Of a stretch of DNA of 64,000 nucleotides, positions 11,601 through 25,600 are shown one piece after another. The DNA comes from Eledone cirrhosa. Taxonomy: Eukaryota. The position numbers were made by a program, and so were the translations under genes. The stretch lies in contig CAXHJY010001472.1 in NCBI GenBank assembly GCA_964016885.1, positions 744,001-808,000 of the forward strand. The letters are read 5' to 3'. Each line of letters begins with the position of its first letter. The first letter of the stretch is position 1. The notes beneath the pieces are model-generated. The model saw only the letters and a list, made by a program, of their open reading frames with translations, was not told where the DNA came from and did not search any database.

Positions 11601-12680
11601 ATCTGCCCCTGATTTTTTTTTTACAAATTATCTCCCCCTGATTTTTTTAAAAATGATCTCCCCTTGGACGGCTGGAAATGATCTCCCCTTGGCTGGTTGG
11701 AAATTATCTCCCCTTGGACCGCTAGAAATAATCTCTCCTTGGACGGCTGGAAATTATCTCCCCTTGATTTTTTTTACAAATCTCCCCCTAATTTAAAAAA
11801 AAATTATCTCCCCTTCGCTGGCTGGAAATTATCTCCCTTTGGACGGCTGGAAATTATAGCCCCTTGTAGGGCTGGAAATTATCTCCCCTTGGACGGCTGG
11901 AAATTATCTCCCCTTGATTTTCTTTACAAATTATCTCCCCCTGACTTTTTTAAAAATGATCTCCCCTTGGACGGCTGGAAATGATCTCCCCTTGGCTGGT
12001 TGGAAATTTTCTCCCCTTGGACCGCTAGAAATTATCTCTCCTTGGACGGCTGGAAATTATCTCCCCTTGATTTTTTTACAAATTATCTCCCCCTGATTTT
12101 TTTTACAAATCTCCCAGTGATTTTTTAAAAAAATTATCTCCCCTTCGCTGGCTGGAAATTATCTACCCTTGGACGCTGGAAATTATAGCCCCTTGGAGGG
12201 CTGGAAATTATCTTCCCTTGGACGGCTGGAAATTATCTCCCCTTGATTTTTTTTTACAAATTATCTCCCCCTGATTTTTTTTTACAAATTATCTCCCCCT
12301 GATTTTTTTTACAAATTATCTCCCCCTGATTTTTTTTAACAAATTATCTCCCCTTGGACGGCTGGAAATTATCTCCCCTTGGACGGCTGGAAATTATCTC
12401 CCCTTGGACGGCTAGAAATTACCTCTCCTTGGACAGCTGAAAATTATCTCCCCTTGGACGGCTGCAAATTATCTCCCCTTGATTTTTTTTACAAATTATC
12501 TCCCCTTGATTTTTTTTTACAAATTATCTCCCCCTGATTTTTTTTACAAATTATCTCCCCCTGATTTTTTTTTACAAATTATCTCCCCCTGATTTTTTTT
12601 ACAAAATATCTCCCCCTGATTTTTTTACAAATTATCTCCCCCTGATTTTTTTTACAATCTCCGCCTGATTTTTTTAAAAA
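5700..12680 (+). repeat. Representative ~7 kb higher-order repeat unit (6,980 bp)
   Basis: Marker cassette TTATCTTGCCTTGG...TTATGTTCCCC at 5711 and 12691. The once-per-unit marker GGAAGGATAG lies in ORFs starting 8219, 15122, 25173, 33337, 40240, 46970, 52529 and 60693. Confidence 0.88.
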
Positions 12681-15600
12681 TTATCTTGCCTTGGCTGGCT
12701 GGAAATTATCTCCCCTTGGACGGCTGGAAATTATCTCCCCTTGGAAGGATGGAAATTATCTCCCCTTGGACGGCTGGAAATTATCTCCCCTTGCACGGCT
12801 GGAAATTATCTCCCCTTGGACAGCTGGAAATTATCTGCCCTTGATTTTGTTTTTACAAATTATGTTCCCCTGATTTTTTTTACAAATTATCTCCACCTGA
12901 TTTTTTAAAAAATTATCTCCCCTTGGACGGCTGGAAATTATCTCCCCTTGGTTGGAAATTATCTCCCCTTGGACGGCTAGAAATTATCTCTGTTTGGACG
13001 GCTGGAAATTATCTCCCTTTGATTTTTTTAACAAATTATCTCCCTCTGATTTTTTTTACAAATCTCCCCCTGATTTTTTTAAAAAAATTATCTCCCCTTC
13101 GCTGGCTGGAAATTATCTCCCCTTGGACACTGGAAATTATAGCCCCCTGGAGGGCTGGAAATTATCTTCCCTTGGACGGCTGGAAATTATCTCCCCTTGA
13201 TTTTTTTTACAAATTATCTCCCCCTGATTTTTTTTTTACAAATTATCTCCCCCTGATTTTTTTTACAAATTATCTCCCCCTGATTTTTTTACAAATTATC
13301 TCCGCCTGATTTTTTTAAAAATTATCTTCCCTTGGCTGGCGGGAAATTATCTCCCCTTGGACGGCTGGAAATTATCTCCCCTTGGAAGGATGGAAATTAT
13401 CTCCCCTTGGACAGCTGGAAATTATCTCCCCTTGGACGGCTGAAAATTATCTCCCCTTGATTTTTTTTTTACAAATTATCTCCCCCTGATTTTTTTTTAC
13501 AAATTATCTCCCCCTGATTTTTTTTTTACAAATTATCTCTCCCTGATTTTTTTTTACAAATATCTCCCCTTGGCTGGCTGGAAATTATCTCCCCTTGGAC
13601 GGTTGGAAATTATCTCCCCTTGGACGGCTGGAAATTATCTCCCCTTGGACGGCTGGAAATTATCTCCTCTTGGACGGCTGGAAATTATCTCCCCTTGGAC
13701 GGCTGGAAATTATCTGCCCTTGATTTTTTTTTACAAATTATCTCCCCCTGATTTTTTTAAAAATGATCTCCCCTTGGACGGCTGGAAATGATCTCCCCTT
13801 GGCTGGTTGGAAATTATCTCCCCTTGGACCGCTAGAAATTATCTCTCCTTGGACGGCTGGAAATTATCTCCCCTTGATTTTTTTACAAATTATCTCGTCC
13901 TGATTTTTTTTACAAATCTCCCAGTGATTTTTAAAAAAAAATTATCTCCCCTTCGCTGGCTGGAAATTATCTCACCTTGGACGCTGGAAATTATAGCCCC
14001 TTGGAGGGCTGGAAATTATCTTCACTTGGACGGCTGGAAATTATCTCCCCTTGATTTTTTTTACAAATTATCTCCCCCTGATTTTTTTTTACAAATTATC
14101 TCCCCCGGATTTTTTTTATAAATTATCTCCCCCTGATTTTTTTTAACAAATTATCTCCGCCTGATTTTAAAAAAAAAATTATCTCCCCTTAGACGGCTGG
14201 AAATTATCTCCCCTTGGACGGCTGGAAATTATCTCCCCTTGGACGGCTAGAAATTGGACGGCTGAAAATTATCTCCCCTTGGACGGCTGCAAATTATCTC
14301 CCCTTGATTTTTTTTACAAATTATCTCCCCCTGATTTTTTTTTACAAATTATCTCCCCCTGATTTTTTTTTACAAATTATCTCCCCCTGATTTTTTTTTA
14401 CAAATTATCTACCCCTGATTTTTTTTTACAAATTATCTCCCCCTGATTTTTTTTTACAAATTATCTCCCCCTGATTTTTTTTTACAAATTATCTCCCCCT
14501 GATTTTTTTTTTACAAATTATCTCCCCCTGATTTTTTTACAAATTATCTCCCCCTGATTTTTTTTACAATCTCCGCCTGATTTTTTAAAAAATGATCTCC
14601 CCTTGGACGGCTGGAAATGATCTCCCCTTGGCTGGTTGGAAATTATCTCCCCTTGGACCGCTAGAAATTATCTCTCCTTGGACGGCTGGAAATTATCTCC
14701 CCTTGATTTTTTTACAAATTATCTCCCCCTGATTTTTTTTTACAAATTATCTCCGCCTGATTTTTTAAAAAAAATTATCTCCCCTTGGACGGCTGGAATT
14801 ATCTCCCCTTGGACGGCTGGAAATTATCTCCCCTTGGACGGCTAGAAATTACCTCTCCTTGGACGGCTGAAAATTATCTCCCCTTGGACGGCTGCAAATT
14901 ATCTTCCCTTGATTTTTTTTACAAATTATCTCCCCCTGATTTTTTTTTACAAATTATCTACCCCTGATTTTTTTTACAAATTATCTCCCCCTGATTTTTT
15001 TTTACAAATTATCTCCCCCTGATTTTTTTTTACAAATTATCTCCCCCTGATTTTTTTACAAATTATCTCCCCCTGATTTTTTTTACAATCTCCGCCTGAT
15101 TTTTTAAAAAATAATCTCCCCTTGGCTGGCGGGAAATTATCTCCCCTTGGACGGCTGGAAATTATCTCCCCTTGGAAGGATAGAAATTATCTCCCCTTGG
15201 ACGGCTGGAAATTATCTCCCCTTGCACGGCTGGAAATTATCTCCCCTTGGACAGCTGGAAATTATCTGCCCTTGATTTTGTTTTTACAAATTATCTCCCC
15301 CTGATTTTTTTTACAAATTATCTCCACCTGATTTTTTAAAAAATTATCTCCCCTTGGACGGCTGGAAATTATCTCCCCTTGGCTGGAAATTATCTCCCCT
15401 TGGACGGCTAGAAATTATCTCTCTTTGGACGGCTGGAAATTATCTCCCTTTGATTTTTTTTACAAATTATCTCCCTCTGATTTTTTTTACAAATCTCCCC
15501 CTGATTTTTAAAAAAAAATTATCTCCCCTTCGCTGGCTGGAAATTATCTCCCCTTGGACACTGGAAATTATAGCCCCTTGGAGGGCTGGAAATTATCTTC

Positions 15601-17082
15601 CCTTGGACGGCTGGAAATTATCTCCCCTTGATTTTTTTTACAAATTATCTCCCCCTGATATTTTTTTTACAAATTATCTCCCCCTGATTTTTTTACAAAT
15701 TATCTCCCCCTGATTTTTTTTACAAATTATCTCCGCCTGATTTTTTTAAATATTATCTTCCCTTGGCTGGCGGGAAATTATCTCCCCTTGGACGGTTGGA
15801 AATTATCTCCCCTTGCACTGCTGGAAATTATCTCCCCTTGGACGGCTGGAAATTATCTCCCCTTGCACGGCTGGAAATTATCATCCCCTTGGACGGCTGA
15901 AAATTATCTCCCCTTGATTTTTTTTTACAAATTATCTGCCCCTGATTTTTTTTTACAAATTATCTCCCCCTGATTTTTTTTTACAAATTATCTCCGCCTG
16001 ATTTTTAAAAAAAAATTATCTCCCCTTAGACGGCTGGAAATTATCTCCCCTTGGACGGCTGGAAATTATCTCCCCTTGGACGGCTAGAAATTGGACGGCT
16101 GAAAATTATCTCCCCTTGGACGGCTGCAAATTATCTCCCCTTGATTTTTTTTACAAATTATCTCCCCCTGATTTTTTTTTACAAATTATCTCCCCCTGAT
16201 TTTTTTTTTACAAATTATCTCCCCCTGATTTTTTTACAAATTATCTCCCCCTGATTTTTTTTACAATCTCCGCCTGATTTTTTAAAAAATTATCTTCCCT
16301 TGGCTGGCGGGAAATTATCTCCCCTTGGACGGCTGGAAATTATCTCCCCTTGGCTGGAAATTATCTCCCCTTGGACACTGGAAATTATAGCCCCTTGGAG
16401 GGCTGGAAATTATCTTCCCTTGGACGGCTGGAAATTATCTCCCCTTGATTTTTTTACAAATTATCTGCCCCTGATTTTTTTTTACAAATTATCTCCCCCT
16501 GATTTTTTTTTACAAATTATCTACCCCTGATTTTTTTTACAAATTATCTACCCCTGATTTTTTTTTTACAAATTATCTCCCCCTGATTTTTTTAAAAATG
16601 ATCTCCCCTTGGACGGCTGGAAATGATCTCCCCTTGGCTGGTTGGAAATTATCTCCCCTTGGACCGCTAGAAATTATCTCTCCTTGGATGGCTGGAAATT
16701 ATCTCCCCTTGATTTTTCTACAAATTATCTCCCCCTGATTTTTTTTACAAATCTCCCAGTGATTTTTAAAAAAAATTTTCTCCCCTTCGCTGGCTGGAAA
16801 TTATCTCCCCTTGGACGCTGGAAATTATAGCCCCTTGGAAGGCTGGAAATTATCTTCCCTTGGACGGCTGGAAATTATCTCCCCTTGATTTTTTTTACAA
16901 ATTATCTCCCCCTGATTTTTTTTTACAAATTATCTCCCCCTGATTTTTTTTACAAATTATCTCCCCCTGATTTTTTTTAACAAATTATCTCCCCTTGGAC
17001 GGCTGGAAATTATCTCCCCTTGGACGGCTGGAAATTATCTCCCCTTGGATGGCTAGAAATTACCTCTCCTTGGACAGCTGAA

Positions 17083-18093
17083 AATTATCTCCCCTTGGAC
17101 GACTGCAAATTATCTCCCCTTGATTTTTTTTACAAATTATCTCCCCCTGATTTTTTTTTACAAATTATCTCCCCCTGATTTTTTTTACAAAATATCTCCC
17201 CCTGATTTTTTTACAAATTATCTCCCCCTGATTTTTTTTACAATCTCCGCCTGATTTTTTTAAAAATTATCTTGCCTTGGCTGGCTGGAAATTATCTCCC
17301 CTTGGACGGCTGGAAATTATCTCCCCTTGGAAGGATGGAAATTATCTCCCCTTGGACGGCTGGAAATTATCTCCCCTTGCACGGCTGGAAATTATCTCCC
17401 CTTGGACAGCTGGAAATTATCTGCCCTTGATTTTGTTTTTACAAATTATGTTCCCCTGATTTTTTTTACAAATTATCTCCACCTGATTTTTTAAAAAATT
17501 ATCTCCCCTTGGACGGCTGGAAATTATCTCCCCTTGGTTGGAAATTATCTCCCCTTGGACGGCTAGAAATTATCTCTGTTTGGAATGCTGGAAATTATCT
17601 CCCCTTGGACGACTGCAAATTATCTCCCCTTGATTTTTTTTACAAATTATCTCCCCCTGATTTTTTTTTACAAATTATCTCCCCCTGATTTTTTTTACAA
17701 AATATCTCCCCCTGATTTTTTTACAAATTATCTCCCCCTGATTTTTTTTACAATCTCCGCCTGATTTTTTTAAAAATTATCTTGCCTTGGCTGGCTGGAA
17801 ATTATCTCCCCTTGGACGGCTGGAAATTATCTCCCCTTGGAAGGATGGAAATTATCTCCCCTTGGACGGCTGGAAATTATCTCCCCTTGCACGGCTGGAA
17901 ATTATCTCCCCTTGGACAGCTGGAAATTATCTGCCCTTGATTTTGTTTTTACAAATTATGTTCCCCTGATTTTTTTTACAAATTATCTCCACCTGATTTT
18001 TTAAAAAATTATCTCCCCTTGGACGGCTGGAAATTATCTCCCCTTGGTTGGAAATTATCTCCCCTTGGACGGCTAGAAATTATCTCTGTTTGG
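17083..18093 (+). repeat. 510-bp local tandem duplication (copy in block II)
   Basis: Identical ORFs at 17277 and 17787; same GGAATGCTGG junction near 17582; exactly 16,956 bp downstream of the first copy. Confidence 0.93.
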
Positions 18094-21000
18094 ACGGCTG
18101 GAAATTATCTCCCTTTGATTTTTTTAACAAATTATCTCCCTCTGATTTTTTTTACAAATCTCCCCCTGATTTTTTTAAAAAAATTATCTCCCCTTCGCTG
18201 GCTGGAAATTATCTCCCCTTGGACACTGGAAATTATAGCCCCCTGGAGGGCTGGAAATTATCTTCCCTTGGACGGCTGGAAATTATCTCCCCTTGATTTT
18301 TTTTACAAATTATCTCCCCCTGATTTTTTTTTTACAAATTATCTCCCCCTGATTTTTTTTAACAAATTATCTCCGCCTGATTTTTTTAAAAAAATTATCT
18401 CCCCTTGGACGGCTGGAAATTATCTCCCCTTGGACGGCTGGAAATTATCTCCCCTTGGACGGCTAGAAATTACCTCTCCTTGGACGGCTGAAAATTATCT
18501 CCCCTTGGACGGCTGCAAATTATCTCCCTTGGATTTTTTTTACAAATTATCTCCCCTTGATTTTTTTTTATAAATTATCTCCCCCTGATTTTTTTTACAA
18601 ATTATCTTCCCTTGGACGGCTGGAAATTATCTCCCCTTGGAAGGATGGAAATTATCTCCCCTTGGACGGCTGGAATTTATCTCCCCTTGCACGGCTGGAA
18701 ATTATCTCCCCTTGGACAGCTGGAAATTATCTGCCCTTGATTTTTTTTTTACAAATTATCTCCCCCTGATTTTTTTTTACAAATTATCTCCCCCTGATTT
18801 TTTTTTTACAAATTATCTCCGCCTGATTTTTTTTTAAAATTATCTCCCCTTGGACGGCTGGAAATTATCTCCCCTTGGACGGCTGGAAATTATCTTCCCT
18901 TGGACGGCTAGAAATTACCTCTCCTTGGACGGCTGAAAATTATCTCCCCTTGGACGGCTGGAAATTATCTCCCCTTGATTTTTTTACAAATTATCTGCCC
19001 CTGATTTTTTTTTACAAATTATCTCCCCCTGATTTTTTTTTACAAATTATCTCCCCCTGATTTTTTTTTACAAATTATCTCCCCCTGATTTTTTTTTTAC
19101 AAATTATCTCCCCCTGATTTTTTTACAAATTATCTCCCCCTGATTTTTTTTACAATCTCCGCCTGATTTTTTAAAAAATTATCTTCCCTTGGCTGGCGGG
19201 AAATTATCTCCCCTTGGACGGCTGGAAATTATCTCCCCTTGGCTGGAAATTATCTCCCCTTGGACACTGGAAATTATAGCCCCTTGGAGGGCTGGAAATT
19301 ATCTTCCCTTGGACGGCTGGAAATTATCTCCCCTTGATTTTTTTACAAATTATCTGCCCCTGATTTTTTTTTTACAAATTATCTCCCCCTGATTTTTTTT
19401 TACAAATTATCTACCCCTGATTTTTTTTACAAATTATCTCCCCCTGATTTTTTTTTTACAAATTATCTCCCCCTGATTTTTTTAAAAATGATCTCCCCTT
19501 GGACGGCTGGAAATGATCTCCCCTTGGCTGGTTGGAAATTATCTCCCCTTGGACCGCTAGAAATTATCTCTCCTTGGACGGCTGGAAATTATTTCCCCTT
19601 GATTTTTATTACAAATCTCCCCCTAATTTAAAAAAAAATTATCTCCCCTTCGCTGGCTGGAAATTATCTCCCTTTGGACGGCTGGAAATTATAGCCCCTT
19701 GTAGGGCTGGAAATTATCTCCCCTTGGACGGCTGGAAATTATCTCCCCTTGATTTTTTTTACAAATTATCTCCCCCTGATTTTTTAAAAAATGATCTCCC
19801 CTTGGACGGCTGGAAATGATCTCCCCTTGGCTGCTTGGAAATTATCTCCCCTTGGACCGCTAGAAATTATCTCTCCTTGGATGGCTGGAAATTATCTCCC
19901 CTTGATTTTTTTACAAATTATCTCCCCCTGATTTTTTTTACAAATCTCCCAGTGATTTTTAAAAAAAATTTTCTCCCCTTCGCTGGCTGGAAATTATCTC
20001 CCCTTGGACGCTGGAAATTATAGCCCCTTGGAAGGCTGGAAATTATCTTCCCTTGGACGGCTGGAAATTATCTCCCCTTGATTTTTTTTTACAAATTATC
20101 TCCCCCTGATTTTTTTTTTTACAAATTATCTCCCCCTGATTTTTTTTAACAAATTATCTCCGCCTGATTTTTTAAAAAAAATTATCTCCCCTTGGACGGC
20201 TGGAAATTATCTCCCCTTGGACGGCTGGAAATTATCTCCCCTTGGACGGCTAGAAATTACCTCTCCTTGGACGGCTGAAAATTATCTCCCCTTGGACGGC
20301 TGCAAATTATCTCCCCTTGATTTTTTTTACAAATTATCTCCCCTTGATTTTTTTTTACAAATTATCTCCCCCTGATTTTTTTTACAAATTATCTTCCCTT
20401 GGACGGCTGGAAATTATCTCCCCTTGGCTGGAAATTATCTCCCCTTGGACGGCTAGAAATTATCTCTCTTTGGACGGCTGGAAATTATCTCCCTTTGATT
20501 TTTTTAACAAATTATCTCCCTCTGATTTTTTTTACAAATCTCCCCCTGATTTTTTTAAAAAAATTATCTCCCCTTCGCTGGCTGGAAATTATCTCCCCTT
20601 GGACACTGGAAATTATAGCCCCCTGGAGGGCTGGAAATTATCTTCCCTTGGACGGCTGGAAATTATCTCCCCTTGATTTTTTTTACAAATTATCTCCCCC
20701 TGATTTTTTTTTACAAATTATCTCCCCCTGATTTTTTTTACAAATTATCTCCCCCTGATTTTTTTTTACAAATTATCTCCCCCTGATATTTTTTTTAGAA
20801 ATTATCTCCGCCTGATTTTTTTTTAAAAATTATCTCCCCTTGGACGGCTGGAAATTATCTCCCCTTGGACGGCTGGAAATTATCTCCCCTTGAACGGCTA
20901 GAAATTACCTCTCCTTGGACGGCTGAAAATTATCTCCCCTTGGACGGCTGCAAATTATCTCCCCTTGATTTTTTTTACAAATTATCTCCCCCTGATTTTT

Positions 21001-22654
21001 TTTTTACAAATTATCTCCCCCTGATTTTTTTTTACAAATCTCCGCCTGATTTTAAAAAAAAATTATCTCCCCTTGGACGGCTGGAAATTATCTCCCCTTG
21101 GACGGCTGGAAATTATCTTCCCTTGGACGGCTAGAAATTACCTCTCCTTGGACGGCTGAAAATTATCTCCCCTTGGACGGCTGGAAATTATCTCCCCTTG
21201 ATTTTTTTACAAATTATCTGCCCCTGATTTTTTTTTTACAAATTATCTCCCCCTGATTTTTTTAAAAATGATCTCCCCTTGGACGGCTTGAAATGATCTC
21301 CCCTTGGCTGGTTGGAAATTATCTCCCCTTGGACCGCTAGAAATAATCTCTCCTTGGACGGCTGGAAATTATCTCCCCTTGATTTTTTTTACAAATCTCC
21401 CCCTAATTTAAAAAAAAATTATCTCCCCTTCGCTGGCTGGAAATTATCTCCCTTTGGACGGCTGGAAATTATAGCCCCTTGTAGGGCTGGAAATTATCTC
21501 CCCTTGGACGGCTGGAAATTATCTCCCCTTGATTTTCTTTACAAATTATCTCCCCCTGACTTTTTAAAAAATGATCTCCCCTTGGACGGCTGGAAATGAT
21601 CTCCCCTTGGCTGGTTGGAAATTTTCTCCCCTTGGACGGCTGAAAATTATCTCCCCTTGGACGGCTGCAAATTATCTCCCCTTGATTTTTTTTACAAATT
21701 ATCTCCCCTTGATTTTTTTTTACAAATTATCTCCCCCTGATTTTTTTTACAAATTATCTTCCCTTGGACGGCAGGAAATTATCTCCCCTTGGAAGGATGG
21801 AAATTATCTCCCCTTGGACGGCTGGAAATTATCTCCCCTTGCACGGCTGGAAATTATCTCCCCTTGGACAGCTGGAAATTATCTGCCCTTGATTTTGTTT
21901 TTACAAATTATCTCCCCCTGATTTTTTTTACAAATTATCTCCACCTGATTTTTTTAAAAATGATCTCCCCTTGGACGGCTGGAAATGATCTCCCCTTGGC
22001 TGGTTGGAAATTTTCTCCCCTTGGACCGCTAGAAATTATCTCTCCTTGGACGGCTGGAAATTATCTCCCCTTGATTTTTTTACAAATTATCTCCCCCTGA
22101 TTTTTTTTACAAATCTCCCAGTGATTTTTTAAAAAAATTATCTCCCCTTCGCTGGCTGGAAATTATCTCCCCTTGGACGCTGGAAATTATAGCCCCTTGG
22201 AGGGCTGGAAATTATCTTCCCTTGGACGGCTGGAAATTATCTCCCCTTGATTTTTTTTACAAATTATCTCCCCCTGATTTTTTTTTACAAATTATCTCCC
22301 CCTGATTTTTTTTACAAATTATCTCCCCCTGATTTTTTTTAACAAATTATCTCCCCTTGGACGGCTGGAAATTATCTCCCCTTGGACGGCTGGAAATTAT
22401 CTCCCCTTGGACGGCTAGAAATTACCTCTCCTTGGACAGCTGAAAATTATCTCCCCTTGGACGGCTGCAAATTATCTCCCCTTGATTTTTTTTTACAAAT
22501 TATCTCCCCCTGATTTTTTTTACAAATTATCTCCCCCTGATTTTTTTTACAAATTATCTCCCCCTGATTTTTTTTACAAAATATCTCCCCCTGATTTTTT
22601 TACAAATTATCTCCCCCTGATTTTTTTTACAATCTCCGCCTGATTTTTTTAAAA

Positions 22655-25600
22655 ATTATCTTGCCTTGACTGGCTGGAAATTATCTCCCCTTGGACGGCT
22701 GGAAATTATCTCCCCTTGGAAGGATGGAAATTATCTCCCCTTGGACGGCTGGAAATTATCTCCCCTTGCACGGCTGGAAATTATCTCCCCTTGGACAGCT
22801 GGAAATTATCTGCCCTTGATTTTGTTTTTACAAATTATGTTCCCCTGATTTTTTTTACAAATTATCTCCACCTGATTTTTTAAAAAATTATCTCCCCTTG
22901 GACGGCTGGAAATTATCTCCCCTTGGTTGGAAATTATCTCCCCTTGGACGGCTAGAAATTATCTCTGTTTGGACGAATGGAAATTATCTCCCTTTGATTT
23001 TTTTAACAAATTATCTCCCTCTGATTTTTTTTACAAATCTCCCCCTGATTTTTTTAAAAAAATTATCTCCCCTTCGCTGGCTGGAAATTATCTCCCCTTG
23101 GACACTGGAAATTATAGCCCCCTGGAGGGCTGGAAATTATCTTCCCTTGGACGGCTGGAAATTATCTCCCCTTGATTTTTTTTACAAATTATCTCCCCCT
23201 GATTTTTTTTTTACAAATTATCTCCCCCTGATTTTTTTTACAAATTATCTCCCCCTGATTTTTTTACAAATTATCTCCGCCTGATTTTTTTAAAAATTAT
23301 CTTCCCTTGGCTGGCGGGAAATTATCTCCCCTTGGACGGCTGGAAATTATCTCCCCTTGGAAGGATGGAAATTATCTCCCCTTGGACAGCTGGAAATTAT
23401 CTCCCCTTGGACGGCTGAAAATTATCTCCCCTTGATTTTTTTTTTACAAATTATCTCCCCCTGATTTTTTTTTACAAATTATCTCCCCCTGATTTTTTTT
23501 TTACAAATTATCTCTCCCTGATTTTTTTTTACAAATATCTCCCCTTGGCTGGCTGGAAATTATCTCCCCTTGGACGGTTGGAAATTATCTCCCCTTGGAC
23601 GGCTGGAAATTATCTCCCCTTGAACGGCTGGAAATTATCTCCTCTTGGACGGCTGGAAATTATCTCCCCTTGGACGGCTGGAAATTATCTCCCCTTGGAC
23701 CGCTAGAAATTATCTCTCCTTGGACGGCTGGAAATTATCTCCCCTTGATTTTTCTACAAATTATCTCGTCCTGATTTTTTTTACAAATCTCCCAGTGATT
23801 TTTAAAAAAAAATTATCTCCCCTTCGCTGGCTGGAAATTATCTCACCTTGGACGCTGGAAATTATAGCCCCTTGGAGGGCTGGAAATTATCTTCACTTGG
23901 ACGGCTGGAAATTATCTCCCCTTGATTTTTTTTACAAATTATCTCCCCCTGATTTTTTTTTACAAATTATCTCCCCCGGATTTTTTTTTATAAATTATCT
24001 CCCCCTGATTTTTTTTAACAAATTATCTCCGCCTGATTTTTAAAAAAAAATTATCTCCCCTTAGACGGCTGGAAATTATCTCCCCTTGGACGGCTGGAAA
24101 TTATCTCCCCTTGGACGGCTAGAAATTAGACGGCTGAAAATTATCTCCCCTTGGACGGCTGCAAATAATCTCCCCTTGATTTTTTTTACAAATTATCTCC
24201 CCCTGATTTTTTTTTACAAATTATCTCCCCCTGATTTCTTTTTACAAATTATCTCCCCCTGATTTTTTTTTACAAATTATCTACCCCTGATTTTTTTTTA
24301 CAAATTATCTCCCCCTGATTTTTTTTTACAAATTATCTCCCCCTGATTTTTTTTTACAAATTATCTCCCCCTGATTTTTTTTTTACAAATTATCTCCCCC
24401 TGATTTTTTTACAAATTATCTCCCCCTGATTTTTTTTACAATCTCCGCCTGATTTTTTAAAAAATGATCTCCCCTTGGACGGCTGGAAATGATCTCCCCT
24501 TGGCTGGTTGGAAATTATCTCCCCTTGGACCGCTAGAAATTATCTCTCCTTGGACGGCTGGAAATTATCTCCCCTTGATTTTTTTACAAATTATCTCCCC
24601 CTGATTTTTTTTACAAATCTCCCAGTGATTTTTTAAAAAAAATTATCTCCCCTTCGCTGGCTGGAAATTATCTCCCCTTGGACGCTGGAAATTATAGCCC
24701 CCTTGGAGGGCTGGAAATTATCTTCCCTTGGACGGCTGGAAATTATCTCCCCTTGATTTTTTTTTACAAATTATCTCCCCCTGATTTTTTTTTACAAATT
24801 ATCTCCGCCTGATTTTTAAAAAAAAATTATCTCCCCTTGGACGGCTGGAATTATCTCCCCTTGGACGGCTGGAAATTATCTCCCCTTGGACGGCTAGAAA
24901 TTACCTCTCCTTGGACGGCTGAAAATTATCTCCCCTTGGACGGCTGCAAATTATCTCCCCTTGATTTTTTTTACAAATTATCTCCCCCTGATTTTTTTTT
25001 ACAAATTATCTACCCCTGATTTTTTTTACAAATTATCTCCCCCTGATTTTTTTTTACAAATTATCTCCCCCTGATTTTTTTTTACAAATTATCTCCCCCT
25101 GATTTTTTTACAAATTATCTCCCCCTGATTTTTTTACAATCTCCGCCTGATTTTTTAAAAAATAATCTTCCCTTGGCTGGCGGGAAATTATCTCCCCTTG
25201 GACGGCTGGAAATTATCTCCCCTTGGAAGGATAGAAATTATCTCCCCTTGGACGGCTGGAAATTATCTCCCCTTGCACGGCTGGAAATTATCTCCCCTTG
25301 GACAGCTGGAAATTATCTGCCCTTGATTTTGTTTTTACAAATTATCTCCCCCTGATTTTTTTTACAAATTATCTCCACCTGATTTTTTAAAAAATTATCT
25401 CCCCTTGGACGGCTGGAAATTATCTCCCCTTGGCTGGAAATTATCTCCCCTTGGACGGCTAGAAATTATCTCTCTTTGGACGGCTGGAAATTATCTCCCT
25501 TTGATTTTTTTACAAATTATCTCCCTCTGATTTTTTTTACAAATCTCCCCCTGATTTTTAAAAAAAAATTATCTCCCCTTCGCTGGCTGGAAATTATCTC

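Larger units (their letters stand above)
1..16956 (+). repeat. Super-HOR block I (16,956 bp)
   Basis: 1-~9.3 kb matches 16957-~26.25 kb (offset 16,956 to 16,954), and ~3.5-16.87 kb matches ~28.6-41.99 kb (offset 25,119 to 25,118). Confidence 0.88.
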
